Positions 8,195-16,166 of a stretch of DNA of 64,000 nt are shown piece after piece (position 1 is the stretch's first letter; each line of letters opens with the position of its first letter). The DNA is from Patescibacteria group bacterium. Its GTDB lineage: Bacteria; Patescibacteriota; UBA1384; XYA2-FULL-43-10; 1-14-0-10-43-13. The translations under genes were made by a program, and so were the position numbers. Where the stretch lies: contig JBAYVE010000004.1 in NCBI GenBank assembly GCA_041674765.1, forward strand, positions 26,751 through 90,750, read 5' to 3'. A model generated the notes under the pieces. That model saw nothing but the letters and a program-made list of their open reading frames with translations. It did no database searches and was not told where the DNA came from.

Positions 8195-8947
8195 ATGGCA
8201 GAGAAGATAAAATATGGTTTTGGGGTGAGGCAATTCGGCAAGACCCCGAGGACTTTCGAGCAGGAAGTTGAGTTTGCAAAGATAAACGGTTTTGATTTTC
8301 TGCAAGTTTTTTATTTCTCTAAAAAAGGATTGGAGATGATCCCCCCAGGCAAAGGAATCGAGCGCATTCGTAAAGCCAATTTCCCGGTAATCATTCATGC
8401 GGGATTTGAACCAAGGGAGTTTCAAAAACAAATACCAAAGGTTGTAAATATCATTGATGAGCTTGGTGGCGGGGAGGTGATAATTCATCCCTGGAATCCC
8501 ACAGGTCGGCCTGAGAGCTCTTTCTCCGTCTTGATTCAGGAAATGGCAGTGGCTCGGGATATTTTCGAGGACAAGGGAATCAAGGTCTATGTGGAAAATA
8601 ATAGCGAAAAGGATTCGATTTTAATAGAACCTGAAGAAATCAAAGAGTTCTTCGGCCAATTTCCAGAGATGGAATTATTGCTAGATATAGGTCATATGGT
8701 CAGCTTCGAGAAGACAAAAGCGATCGCAAAAGTGAAATTACCGGCTCTGCTACACATGTCTGATCGTGATTTGAATGGTCCGCCAAATCATCTGCCTATC
8801 GGCAAGGGTAATATTGATTTTAAGAGGGTGATTGGGGAGATACTGCCTGATTTTCAGGGTAAGATTATTTTAGAGGTGACGGAGAGCGATGAGGCAATTA
8901 TTAATTCAAAAAAGATTATTGAATATATGTTAAGTAATAATTATTAA
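8195..8947 (+). CDS. Sugar-phosphate isomerase/epimerase-like (AP endonuclease 2) TIM barrel
   Basis: IIHP, YVEN, LLDIGH, HMSD, HLPIGKGNIDF and ILE metal-ligand pattern. Confidence 0.85.
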   Translation: MAEKIKYGFGVRQFGKTPRTFEQEVEFAKINGFDFLQVFYFSKKGLEMIPPGKGIERIRKANFPVIIHAGFEPREFQKQIPKVVNIIDELGGGEVIIHPWNPTGRPESSFSVLIQEMAVARDIFEDKGIKVYVENNSEKDSILIEPEEIKEFFGQFPEMELLLDIGHMVSFEKTKAIAKVKLPALLHMSDRDLNGPPNHLPIGKGNIDFKRVIGEILPDFQGKIILEVTESDEAIINSKKIIEYMLSNNY

Positions 8948-8952
8948 TAGTT

Positions 8953-9093
8953 GGTCATCTCGACATCCGCCTCTGGCGAGACGAGAGATCTTCATTTGAG
9001 TGTTTGATTCTGGATTCCCGCCTACGCGGGAATGACAGCAGAAGAGGCGGTACATCAATGATAGATTGCTTCGCAAAGACACTCGCAATGACA
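8953..9093. repeat. Three GTCAT/ATGAC-type palindromes
   Basis: ggtcatctcga...gagatct; gattcccgcctacgcgggaatgaca 9013-9037 (1 mismatch to the GIY-YIG flank at 52214); agattgcttcg...cgcaatgaca. Confidence 0.85.
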
Positions 9094-9106
9094 GGTAAAA
9101 ATATTT

Positions 9107-9943
9107 ATGAAAAACAAAAACAAATTATCTTTTATTAAACGATTTGGCTGGTTGATTTTAATTGGTCTTGTACTTTTAATTGGTCTTTATTCGTATTTTG
9201 TCGAGCCCAAATTATTGGGTGTAAAGAGTTTCGTGTATGGGGGCGAGCAGGTGCCGGATGAGTTTATCGGCAAGAAGATTGTCTTTCTCTCGGATCTCCA
9301 TTTTGGTGTCGGCAATTTAGATTATGGCAAAATCGTTGAGAAAGTGAATGATGAAAAGCCGGACATAATCATTCTCGGCGGCGACTATATCGATCGCGAT
9401 CCCAAGTTTATCGATGAGTGCGTTTCTTATTTGGAAAAATTGAAAGCTCCTTTTGGGGTCTATGCGGTCTTTGGTAATCATGATAATCGCAGAAAAGTGT
9501 TACCAGGATTAAAAGCAGCTCTTTCCAAAACAGATATCAAAATTATCAACAACGAGTCCTTTTGGATTAATGCAGGTAGTTCAAGGATCAGAATCGGAGG
9601 AGTGGGCGATCTTGATACGGATGACCAATTGATTAAAAAAACGACCGCCGGCGTCTCAAGGGAGGAATTAATAATTTTGGCCTCGCATAATCCTGATTAT
9701 TTTGAGTCTTTGGTGGGGAATGAAGTTGATCTGGTATTCTCCGGCCACGTCCATGGCGGACAAATGAATTTTTTTAGGCTCTGGTATCCGATTTCGGTGA
9801 CGGCCTACGGAAAAAAATTTATGAATAGTTTGGTAGAGGAAAAGGGCATAAGTATCTTCACATCAAATGGCATCGGAATGACAGCCCTTCCTCTCCGTTT
9901 CTCAGCCAGACCGGATATAATCAGCGTTACTCTTGAGAAGTAG
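9107..9943 (+). CDS. Membrane-anchored metallophosphoesterase (YkuE-like)
   Basis: SDLH, GGDY, GNHD, SHNPD, SGHVHGGQ; N-terminal TM segment. Confidence 0.92.
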   Translation: MKNKNKLSFIKRFGWLILIGLVLLIGLYSYFVEPKLLGVKSFVYGGEQVPDEFIGKKIVFLSDLHFGVGNLDYGKIVEKVNDEKPDIIILGGDYIDRDPKFIDECVSYLEKLKAPFGVYAVFGNHDNRRKVLPGLKAALSKTDIKIINNESFWINAGSSRIRIGGVGDLDTDDQLIKKTTAGVSREELIILASHNPDYFESLVGNEVDLVFSGHVHGGQMNFFRLWYPISVTAYGKKFMNSLVEEKGISIFTSNGIGMTALPLRFSARPDIISVTLEK

Positions 9944-9947
9944 CGCT

Positions 9948-10063
9948 TCAAGCATCCAAGTTCCAAATTCCAAGAACCAATCAATGTCCAAATTTCAAAA
10001 GTTAAGTTCTTTTGATTTGGAATTTAGAATTTGAATGGATGCTAGAGATTGGGTGTTGGTTGT
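9948..10063. repeat. ORF-less copy of the four-helix-bundle #1 flanking element
   Basis: 10020-10041 gaatttagaatttgaatggatg is identical to the reverse complement of 57077-57098; internal inverted pairs agcatcca/tggatgct and ttccaaat/atttggaa. Confidence 0.85.
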
Positions 10064-10124
10064 TATTCTGTTGCCAGAAGTTTCTGTTATAATGTTCTTG
10101 TTGAATTATCTCTTGGAGGTTTAT

Positions 10125-11690
10125 ATGTCGCTCGCTAATAAAGTATTGTTGATTATATTGGATGGTTGGGGATTGTCTGGGAAGAAAGAGGGTAATGCCC
10201 CTTTGCTTGCTAAGACCCCGATTTTGGATTATGTCTACTCAACTTATCCGAAGACCTCTCTGACAGCCTCTGGCCTAGAGGTCGGGCTGGGGCAGGGAGA
10301 ACCCGGCAATTCTGAAGTTGGCCATCTAAATATCGGTTCCGGCCGGGTTATTTGGGAAAATTTGCCGAAGATTGATCAAATGATCGCAAATGGTGAGCTC
10401 TACAAGAATAAAGCTTTGCTCGAGATAATCGATCATGTTAAGAAAAATAACTCAACATTAAATTTCATCGGTCTTGTTTCGGACGGGGGAGTTCATTCCC
10501 ATATTATGCATCTATCTTCAATGATTGAATTTGCAGCCAAACAGGGGATAAAAAATATTAATATTCATATGATCACTGACGGACGGGATACACCGCCTTC
10601 TATCGCGGCAAGTTATGCTGAACAGCTCGAGGCCTTCTGCCGCGGTGTTGGTGCAGGTAAAATTGTAACTCTAGTTGGCCGTTATCTCGCTATGGACCGT
10701 GACAAGAATTGGGACCGGGAGAAGCAGGCTTTTGATCTTTTTACTCAGAATATAGGTGAAAAGTATGACACGGCTAAAGAAGCAATCGATGATAATTATG
10801 CTGCCGGAAAAACGGATGAATTTATTGAAGCCAGTGTAATCGGTGAGGGAGGTAAGGTTTCTGAAAACGACGGTGTTATATTTTTCAACCACCGTAATGA
10901 CCGGATGCGTCAGCTTCTCGATCTTTTCGAGGGGGGAGAAGGAGCTGCCGTTCCAACCGGCTTAAAATTAATCACGATGACGCAGTATTTCAAAGGACAA
11001 AAATCAGAATTTATTTTGTCGTCGCAGAATCTTGAAAATACCTTATCGGAGATTGTCTCCAAAAATGGCGGTACCCAATTTCATACGGCTGAAACTGAAA
11101 AGTATGCCCATGTAACTTATTTTTTCAAAGCAGGGAAAGAAGAGCCATACCAAGGAGAGGTTGATGAGGTCGTTCCGTCCAAGAAAACAACTTATGACAA
11201 ATTACCACAAATGTCAGCTCCTGAGGTAAGAGATCAGGTGGTTGCCAGCCTTAAAGAGGGATATAATTTGGTGATCGTAAACTTTGCAAATGGAGATATG
11301 GTTGGACATACCGGTGTTCTGGAAGCGGCGGTCAAGGCTTGTGAAGAGGTTGACCGAGATCTCGGTTTGGTTTTGGAAGGGGCCGCCGAACATGATTACA
11401 GGGTATTTATTACGGCTGATCATGGCAACTGTGAAGAGATGATTGCCCTAGACGGTACTACCCCAAACAAAGAGCATACGAGCAATCCCGTCCCCTTTGT
11501 CTACTTAAATTTTGAAAATCATCCTTACCGGCCCACCTCAGTGCCTTTTTTGGAACCGGATTATCTCCAATATGCTATAGGAACTCCGGTCGGAGTGTTG
11601 GCAGATATTGCGCCTTCCATCTTAGCCAATTTAGAAATTCCTCTGCCTGGAGAGATGGGTGGTATGGATTTGAGCGTAGCTATGCTATAG
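10125..11690 (+). CDS. gpmI: 2,3-bisphosphoglycerate-independent phosphoglycerate mutase
   Basis: ILDGWG, GNSEVGH, DGGVHSH, AETEKYAHVT, NGDMVGHTG, TADHGN; start moved to ATG 10125 behind ggagg. Confidence 0.97.
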   Translation: MSLANKVLLIILDGWGLSGKKEGNAPLLAKTPILDYVYSTYPKTSLTASGLEVGLGQGEPGNSEVGHLNIGSGRVIWENLPKIDQMIANGELYKNKALLEIIDHVKKNNSTLNFIGLVSDGGVHSHIMHLSSMIEFAAKQGIKNINIHMITDGRDTPPSIAASYAEQLEAFCRGVGAGKIVTLVGRYLAMDRDKNWDREKQAFDLFTQNIGEKYDTAKEAIDDNYAAGKTDEFIEASVIGEGGKVSENDGVIFFNHRNDRMRQLLDLFEGGEGAAVPTGLKLITMTQYFKGQKSEFILSSQNLENTLSEIVSKNGGTQFHTAETEKYAHVTYFFKAGKEEPYQGEVDEVVPSKKTTYDKLPQMSAPEVRDQVVASLKEGYNLVIVNFANGDMVGHTGVLEAAVKACEEVDRDLGLVLEGAAEHDYRVFITADHGNCEEMIALDGTTPNKEHTSNPVPFVYLNFENHPYRPTSVPFLEPDYLQYAIGTPVGVLADIAPSILANLEIPLPGEMGGMDLSVAML

Positions 11691-11803
11691 CCACATTGGT
11701 CCTGATTTGCGGCCAGTCTATTTTAGAAGTATAATGTAATAGGAATCAAACCGGGCGAGAGTTTGTCAGGTAACTAAGTATCGAAGTAATATCAAAACAA
11801 AAT

Positions 11804-12583
11804 ATGGGCGATTTAGATCTGAAAGAAAAAGAGGAAACAGAGGAGAAGGGGGATAAGAAGAAGCCGGTCAAACCGGAAAAACCTTCGGAAAAAAACGAGG
11901 TCGTTATCTCATTCAAAAAAGTTTCCAAAATATATCAGTCGACCATCGAGGCATTGGTAGATATATCCTTTGATATCAATATTGGGGAATTTATTTCTGT
12001 GGTAGGGCCTTCGGGGGCCGGCAAATCAACTTTGATCCGACTCCTGACTTGCGAAGAGAAGCCCACAAGCGGGAGTATCTTGATAGCGGGCAGGGATGTC
12101 ACGCAGCTAAAGCAGAAGGATCTACCTTACTTTCGCCGAAAGGTCGGTGTAATTTTTCAAGACTTCAAACTTTTGCCGAAGAAGACAGTTTACGAAAATG
12201 TCTCATTTGCGCTTGAGGTGTCTGACGCAACAAACGAAGAGATCAACGACCGTGTCCCGAAGATCATCGAGCTGGTCGGTTTGACAAATCGTACAAATGC
12301 CTTAACCGAGCAACTGTCTGGCGGAGAAAAGCAGCGTGTCTCGATTGCCCGTGCTTTGGTTCACAATCCCAAATTACTTATCGCTGACGAGCCGACAGGA
12401 AATCTTGACCCCGTTTCTACCTGGGAAATTATCGAATTGTTATTCAAAATAAACAAGCAGGGAACAATAGTGATTTTGACAACACATGATAAAGAGGTAG
12501 TCGATTCGTTGGAGCGCAGAGTTGTAACGATAAAGAACGGCAGGATTGTATCAGATCAGGCTAAGGGGAAATATATACTTTAG
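11804..12583 (+). CDS. ftsE: Cell division ATP-binding protein FtsE
   Basis: GPSGAGKST, FQDFKLL, LSGGEKQRV, ADEPTGNLD; adjacent to ftsX. Confidence 0.95.
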   Translation: MGDLDLKEKEETEEKGDKKKPVKPEKPSEKNEVVISFKKVSKIYQSTIEALVDISFDINIGEFISVVGPSGAGKSTLIRLLTCEEKPTSGSILIAGRDVTQLKQKDLPYFRRKVGVIFQDFKLLPKKTVYENVSFALEVSDATNEEINDRVPKIIELVGLTNRTNALTEQLSGGEKQRVSIARALVHNPKLLIADEPTGNLDPVSTWEIIELLFKINKQGTIVILTTHDKEVVDSLERRVVTIKNGRIVSDQAKGKYIL

Positions 12584-12755
12584 TTCATCAAGTGCATAAA
12601 GCTAAAAGTTCATAAAGACTAAGGTTTGTAGAGTTAAAAGTTTGGAAAGTGCATAAGAACAAGAGTTCGTAAAGACTACTTTCCGTAGAGTCAGTCAGGA
12701 AAATTTATATCATTTATTTTATTTATTACTTTGTTAATTTATTAAACTTCAGCTA
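12582..12755. repeat. AAGTTCATA/AAGTTAA-type tandem arm element between ftsE and ftsX
   Basis: agttcatcaagtgcataaagctaaaagttcataaag...; same family at 18433-18500, 23052-23100, 37655-37694, 43200-43282 and 54648-54674. Confidence 0.7.
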
Positions 12756-12759
12756 GCTT

Positions 12760-13671
12760 ATGTTTTTCGTTTCCATTCATAGAATTTTGAAGACGTCGAT
12801 CATTTCTCTTTGGCGCAATCTCTGGTTATCTCTAGCGGCAATTTTGATTATGATTTTAACCCTTTTCACAATCTCCTTTTTTGTTACCCTGCTTTTTGTT
12901 ACTAGCAGAACGACCACGTCATTGCAGAGCAAGGTAGATATTTCTGCTTTCTTCAACGATACGACTTCGAAGGATCAGATTTTTGCGATCGAGAATAATC
13001 TGCTTTCCATGCCGGAGGTGAAATCAGTAGATTACGTGTCGAAAGAGGATGCTTTAGGGCGCTGGCAGGAGCGTAACAAGGACAATGAAAAATTGAGAAA
13101 TTTAGTTTCTGCTAATTTTAATCCTTTGCCGAGGAGTCTCGAAGTCAAAACCGACAAGCCGGAAAATCTTGAGAAGGTGTATGGCTACTTGAGCTCAGCT
13201 GACTACCAGCCTTTGATAAAAGAAATCAGCTATCAGAAGAACCGGGATCTCATCAATAGGCTCATGAAAATCACTACCTTTATCAAGATTATCGGCTGGG
13301 TTCTATCATCCGTATTTATACTTGTCTCAATCTTGATAATTTATAATACAATCAGACTGACAATCTACGCGCGTCATGATGAAATTGAAATAATGAAATT
13401 GGTCGGGGCAACGGACTGGTATACTGAAGGCCCTTTCTTCGTAGAAGGTCTCATGTACGGTTTGGTTGCGTCAATCATATCGGCGGTCGCACTTTACTTC
13501 GGCTATACACTTTCGATGCCGGCGGTCCAGAATTATCTGGATATAAGTATATTAAATTCCGGTAGCTTGGGATTAAACTTCTGGTTTATTACCTTTGTTC
13601 AAATAGTATTTGGATTGGTCTTGGGTACACTTTGCTCTGTTTTGGCAGTTAAAAAACATCTGAAAAAATGA
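12760..13671 (+). CDS. ftsX: Cell division permease FtsX
   Basis: VSKEDAL, NPLP, IYNTIRLTIYARHDEIEIMKLVGAT. Confidence 0.95.
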   Translation: MFFVSIHRILKTSIISLWRNLWLSLAAILIMILTLFTISFFVTLLFVTSRTTTSLQSKVDISAFFNDTTSKDQIFAIENNLLSMPEVKSVDYVSKEDALGRWQERNKDNEKLRNLVSANFNPLPRSLEVKTDKPENLEKVYGYLSSADYQPLIKEISYQKNRDLINRLMKITTFIKIIGWVLSSVFILVSILIIYNTIRLTIYARHDEIEIMKLVGATDWYTEGPFFVEGLMYGLVASIISAVALYFGYTLSMPAVQNYLDISILNSGSLGLNFWFITFVQIVFGLVLGTLCSVLAVKKHLKK

Positions 13672-14888
13672 AAAATATTGCGATAAAATTTGTTATGTTT
13701 CTTCTACTTTTCACCTTTGTATTTACTCCTTTTTCTGTGAAATCAGCAAGCGTTAGTGATTTGCAAAAAACAAAAAATGCTTTGCAGGAACAGTTAAAAC
13801 AGATCAGCAACCAAAAGGTACAAAATGAGAAAGATCAGCAGATGCTACAGGACCAAATCACCAGGGTAACTGATCAAATTTCGCAAACCGAAAAAGTTCT
13901 GACTCAAACGTCAAGTCAGATCGGTGATACAGAAAGTGCGATCGAGACTTTGCTGGAACAAATTAAAACGCAGCAGGGTATACTGGCGGAGACGAAGGAC
14001 CGGCTTGGAAGAGTCGTTTCCTCTTGGTATATGGAGGGTAATGATGGTCTATTGACGGCACTTTTAAGCTCGGGAAATGTCTCTGAGTTGGTGGAAAAGC
14101 AGGAATATTATGATTCATTAAAACAACAGATCGAATCAGAAATAGATCAGATAGTAACTCTTCAGGCGAATTTGGCGGCTAAGAAGTCGGAGCAGGAGAA
14201 TCAATTGCAGGCGCTAAATAGTTTAAAGGAAGATCAAGCTAGCCAACAGCAGAATTTAGAGAAAAGTAAACAATACAAGGCTTATGTTCTGGACAACAAG
14301 AAGGATGCATTGGACGATCTGAAGACACAGGAGTCGGAAACGCAAAAGAGAATTAGTCAGATTGATTCACAGATACGGGCGTTGACGGCCACTAGCCGTT
14401 GGGGAGACCAGATCGTATCAGATAACGGAGGTTTGTCCGTGCCTTTTTACGCGCAGACGGGCAATTATACTAAATTGGGAAACAGTCCATATACAGTCAA
14501 TCAATATGGGTGTTTGATTACCTCAATTGCGATGGTAGCTTCATACTATGGCAATAACGTCACTCCTACATCAATTGCCTCTAACACAGCAATTTTTGAC
14601 AGAGAAGGTTATCTATTGGTTACAACGCCGCCGGGGGTTGGAGTTAATGTCCTGCCAAGCCAGGGAATAAATTGGGACACCGTGGATGCTGAGTTGGCAG
14701 CAAAGAGGCCGGTCATAATCAGTATATTTTTGCCGACTGTCGGTGCAGTTAACCGCGACGGATCTTCCCATTTCATCGTGATCAAGGGAAAAACGGGAAA
14801 CAAATATCTGATGAACGATCCGATCGGAATAGGAAGAGGTTACAATATGTCACAGGTGCGATCGATGAAATTAATAAGATCTTATTAG
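13668..14888 (+). CDS. Secreted coiled-coil protein with C-terminal C39-like cysteine peptidase domain (PcsB/CwlO-like position)
   Basis: Signal peptide, long coiled coil, then FYAQ...YGCLITSIAM...SHFIVI...MNDP; overlaps the ftsX stop. Confidence 0.75.
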   Translation: MKNIAIKFVMFLLLFTFVFTPFSVKSASVSDLQKTKNALQEQLKQISNQKVQNEKDQQMLQDQITRVTDQISQTEKVLTQTSSQIGDTESAIETLLEQIKTQQGILAETKDRLGRVVSSWYMEGNDGLLTALLSSGNVSELVEKQEYYDSLKQQIESEIDQIVTLQANLAAKKSEQENQLQALNSLKEDQASQQQNLEKSKQYKAYVLDNKKDALDDLKTQESETQKRISQIDSQIRALTATSRWGDQIVSDNGGLSVPFYAQTGNYTKLGNSPYTVNQYGCLITSIAMVASYYGNNVTPTSIASNTAIFDREGYLLVTTPPGVGVNVLPSQGINWDTVDAELAAKRPVIISIFLPTVGAVNRDGSSHFIVIKGKTGNKYLMNDPIGIGRGYNMSQVRSMKLIRSY

Positions 14889-14890
14889 CG

Positions 14891-16123
14891 TTGAAATCAA
14901 CTTTAGACAATAAACTTTCAAGTAATTCATGGAAGAAGCAGACTTTATTTTTCGTCGGCCTGATAGTTTGTTTTGCCATAGTTTTCTCGGTTGGTTATTC
15001 TATCGGTGAGAACGGCCGTATAGAAAAAAACGTAATTTCTAACTTTAAAAATACAAATTCAGGGAAGCCGGACAATTTAGATTTTTCGCTTTTTTGGGAG
15101 GCGTGGAGCAAATTAAGTGAAAGATCTGTTCAAGCGCCTGATCTGCAAAAGATGCTTTATGGTTCAATTTCGGGGATGCTATCATCGATGGATGACCCTT
15201 ATACGGTATTTTTCTCTCCAGAAGATAATAAGAGGTTCAGAGAAGACATACAGGGAGAATTTGATGGTATAGGAGTGGAGCTGGTTCTGAAGAATGGTTT
15301 GCCAACCGTTGTCGCGCCTTTATCAAAAAGTCCGGCAGATCAAGCAGGAATAAAAGCCGGTGATGTTATTTTGGCGGTGGATGAAGTTGATACATCAGGT
15401 CTCGGTTTCAATGAAACTGTTGATAAGATTAGAGGACCGAAGGGTAGCAAGGTACGCTTAAGGATATTTCGAGAGGGCAGCGATCAGCCTGTCAACGTAG
15501 AAGTTACAAGAGAAACCATTTCAATCAAAAGTGTTGAATGGGAATACCGAACTGAGAAAGGCAAAAAAATAGCGATAGTCCATGTACGCCAATTCGGCGA
15601 TGATACTGACAAACTGTTTGATGATTTTGTAAGTGAAATAGTAAAGACAAAACCGGCCGGTATAATAGTTGATCTGCGCAATAATCCCGGAGGGTATTTG
15701 GAAAGCGCGATCAATCTGTCAAGCTACTTTTTGGATGGCGGCATCGTCGTAAATGAGAAAGGAAGATCAGGCGATAATAAATCATATAATGTGACGAAAA
15801 AGAATAGGCTCTCTGGTTTTAGGACGGCAGTTTTGGTCAATAATGGCTCAGCCTCAGCCTCGGAAATTTTTGCTGGAGCGCTGCAGGATCGAAAAAGCGG
15901 ACGAGTTTTTGGCGAGAAAACCTTCGGCAAGGGTAGCGTTCAGGAGATAGTACAGTTGTCCGATGGCTCTGCTTTGAAGATTACCGTTGCCAAATGGTAT
16001 ACGCCAACTGGGCGTTCGATCAATGGTGAAGGGATAACTCCGGACGTAGAGATTAAAGGTAGCGACAGTAAAGAAGAAGATAGCCAGCTCGATGCAGCGC
16101 TTGAATATGTTATCGCTGATTGA
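14891..16123 (+). CDS. S41 C-terminal processing peptidase
   Basis: DDPYT, GIG, PDZ domain, DLRNNPGG, SASASEI, TFGKGSVQ. Confidence 0.95.
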   Translation: MKSTLDNKLSSNSWKKQTLFFVGLIVCFAIVFSVGYSIGENGRIEKNVISNFKNTNSGKPDNLDFSLFWEAWSKLSERSVQAPDLQKMLYGSISGMLSSMDDPYTVFFSPEDNKRFREDIQGEFDGIGVELVLKNGLPTVVAPLSKSPADQAGIKAGDVILAVDEVDTSGLGFNETVDKIRGPKGSKVRLRIFREGSDQPVNVEVTRETISIKSVEWEYRTEKGKKIAIVHVRQFGDDTDKLFDDFVSEIVKTKPAGIIVDLRNNPGGYLESAINLSSYFLDGGIVVNEKGRSGDNKSYNVTKKNRLSGFRTAVLVNNGSASASEIFAGALQDRKSGRVFGEKTFGKGSVQEIVQLSDGSALKITVAKWYTPTGRSINGEGITPDVEIKGSDSKEEDSQLDAALEYVIAD

Positions 16124-16166
16124 GCTTTGAAGCGGTTTTTTGTATAATGTTTCTGGAGGGATAATA

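Noticed and set aside
10035-10124. N-terminal extensions in the ORF track (gpmI; likewise 23190, 29117, 52233, 57083, 62244)
   Set aside because: The extensions run through repeat elements or upstream genes; downstream ATGs fit the family N-termini and often have SD sequences
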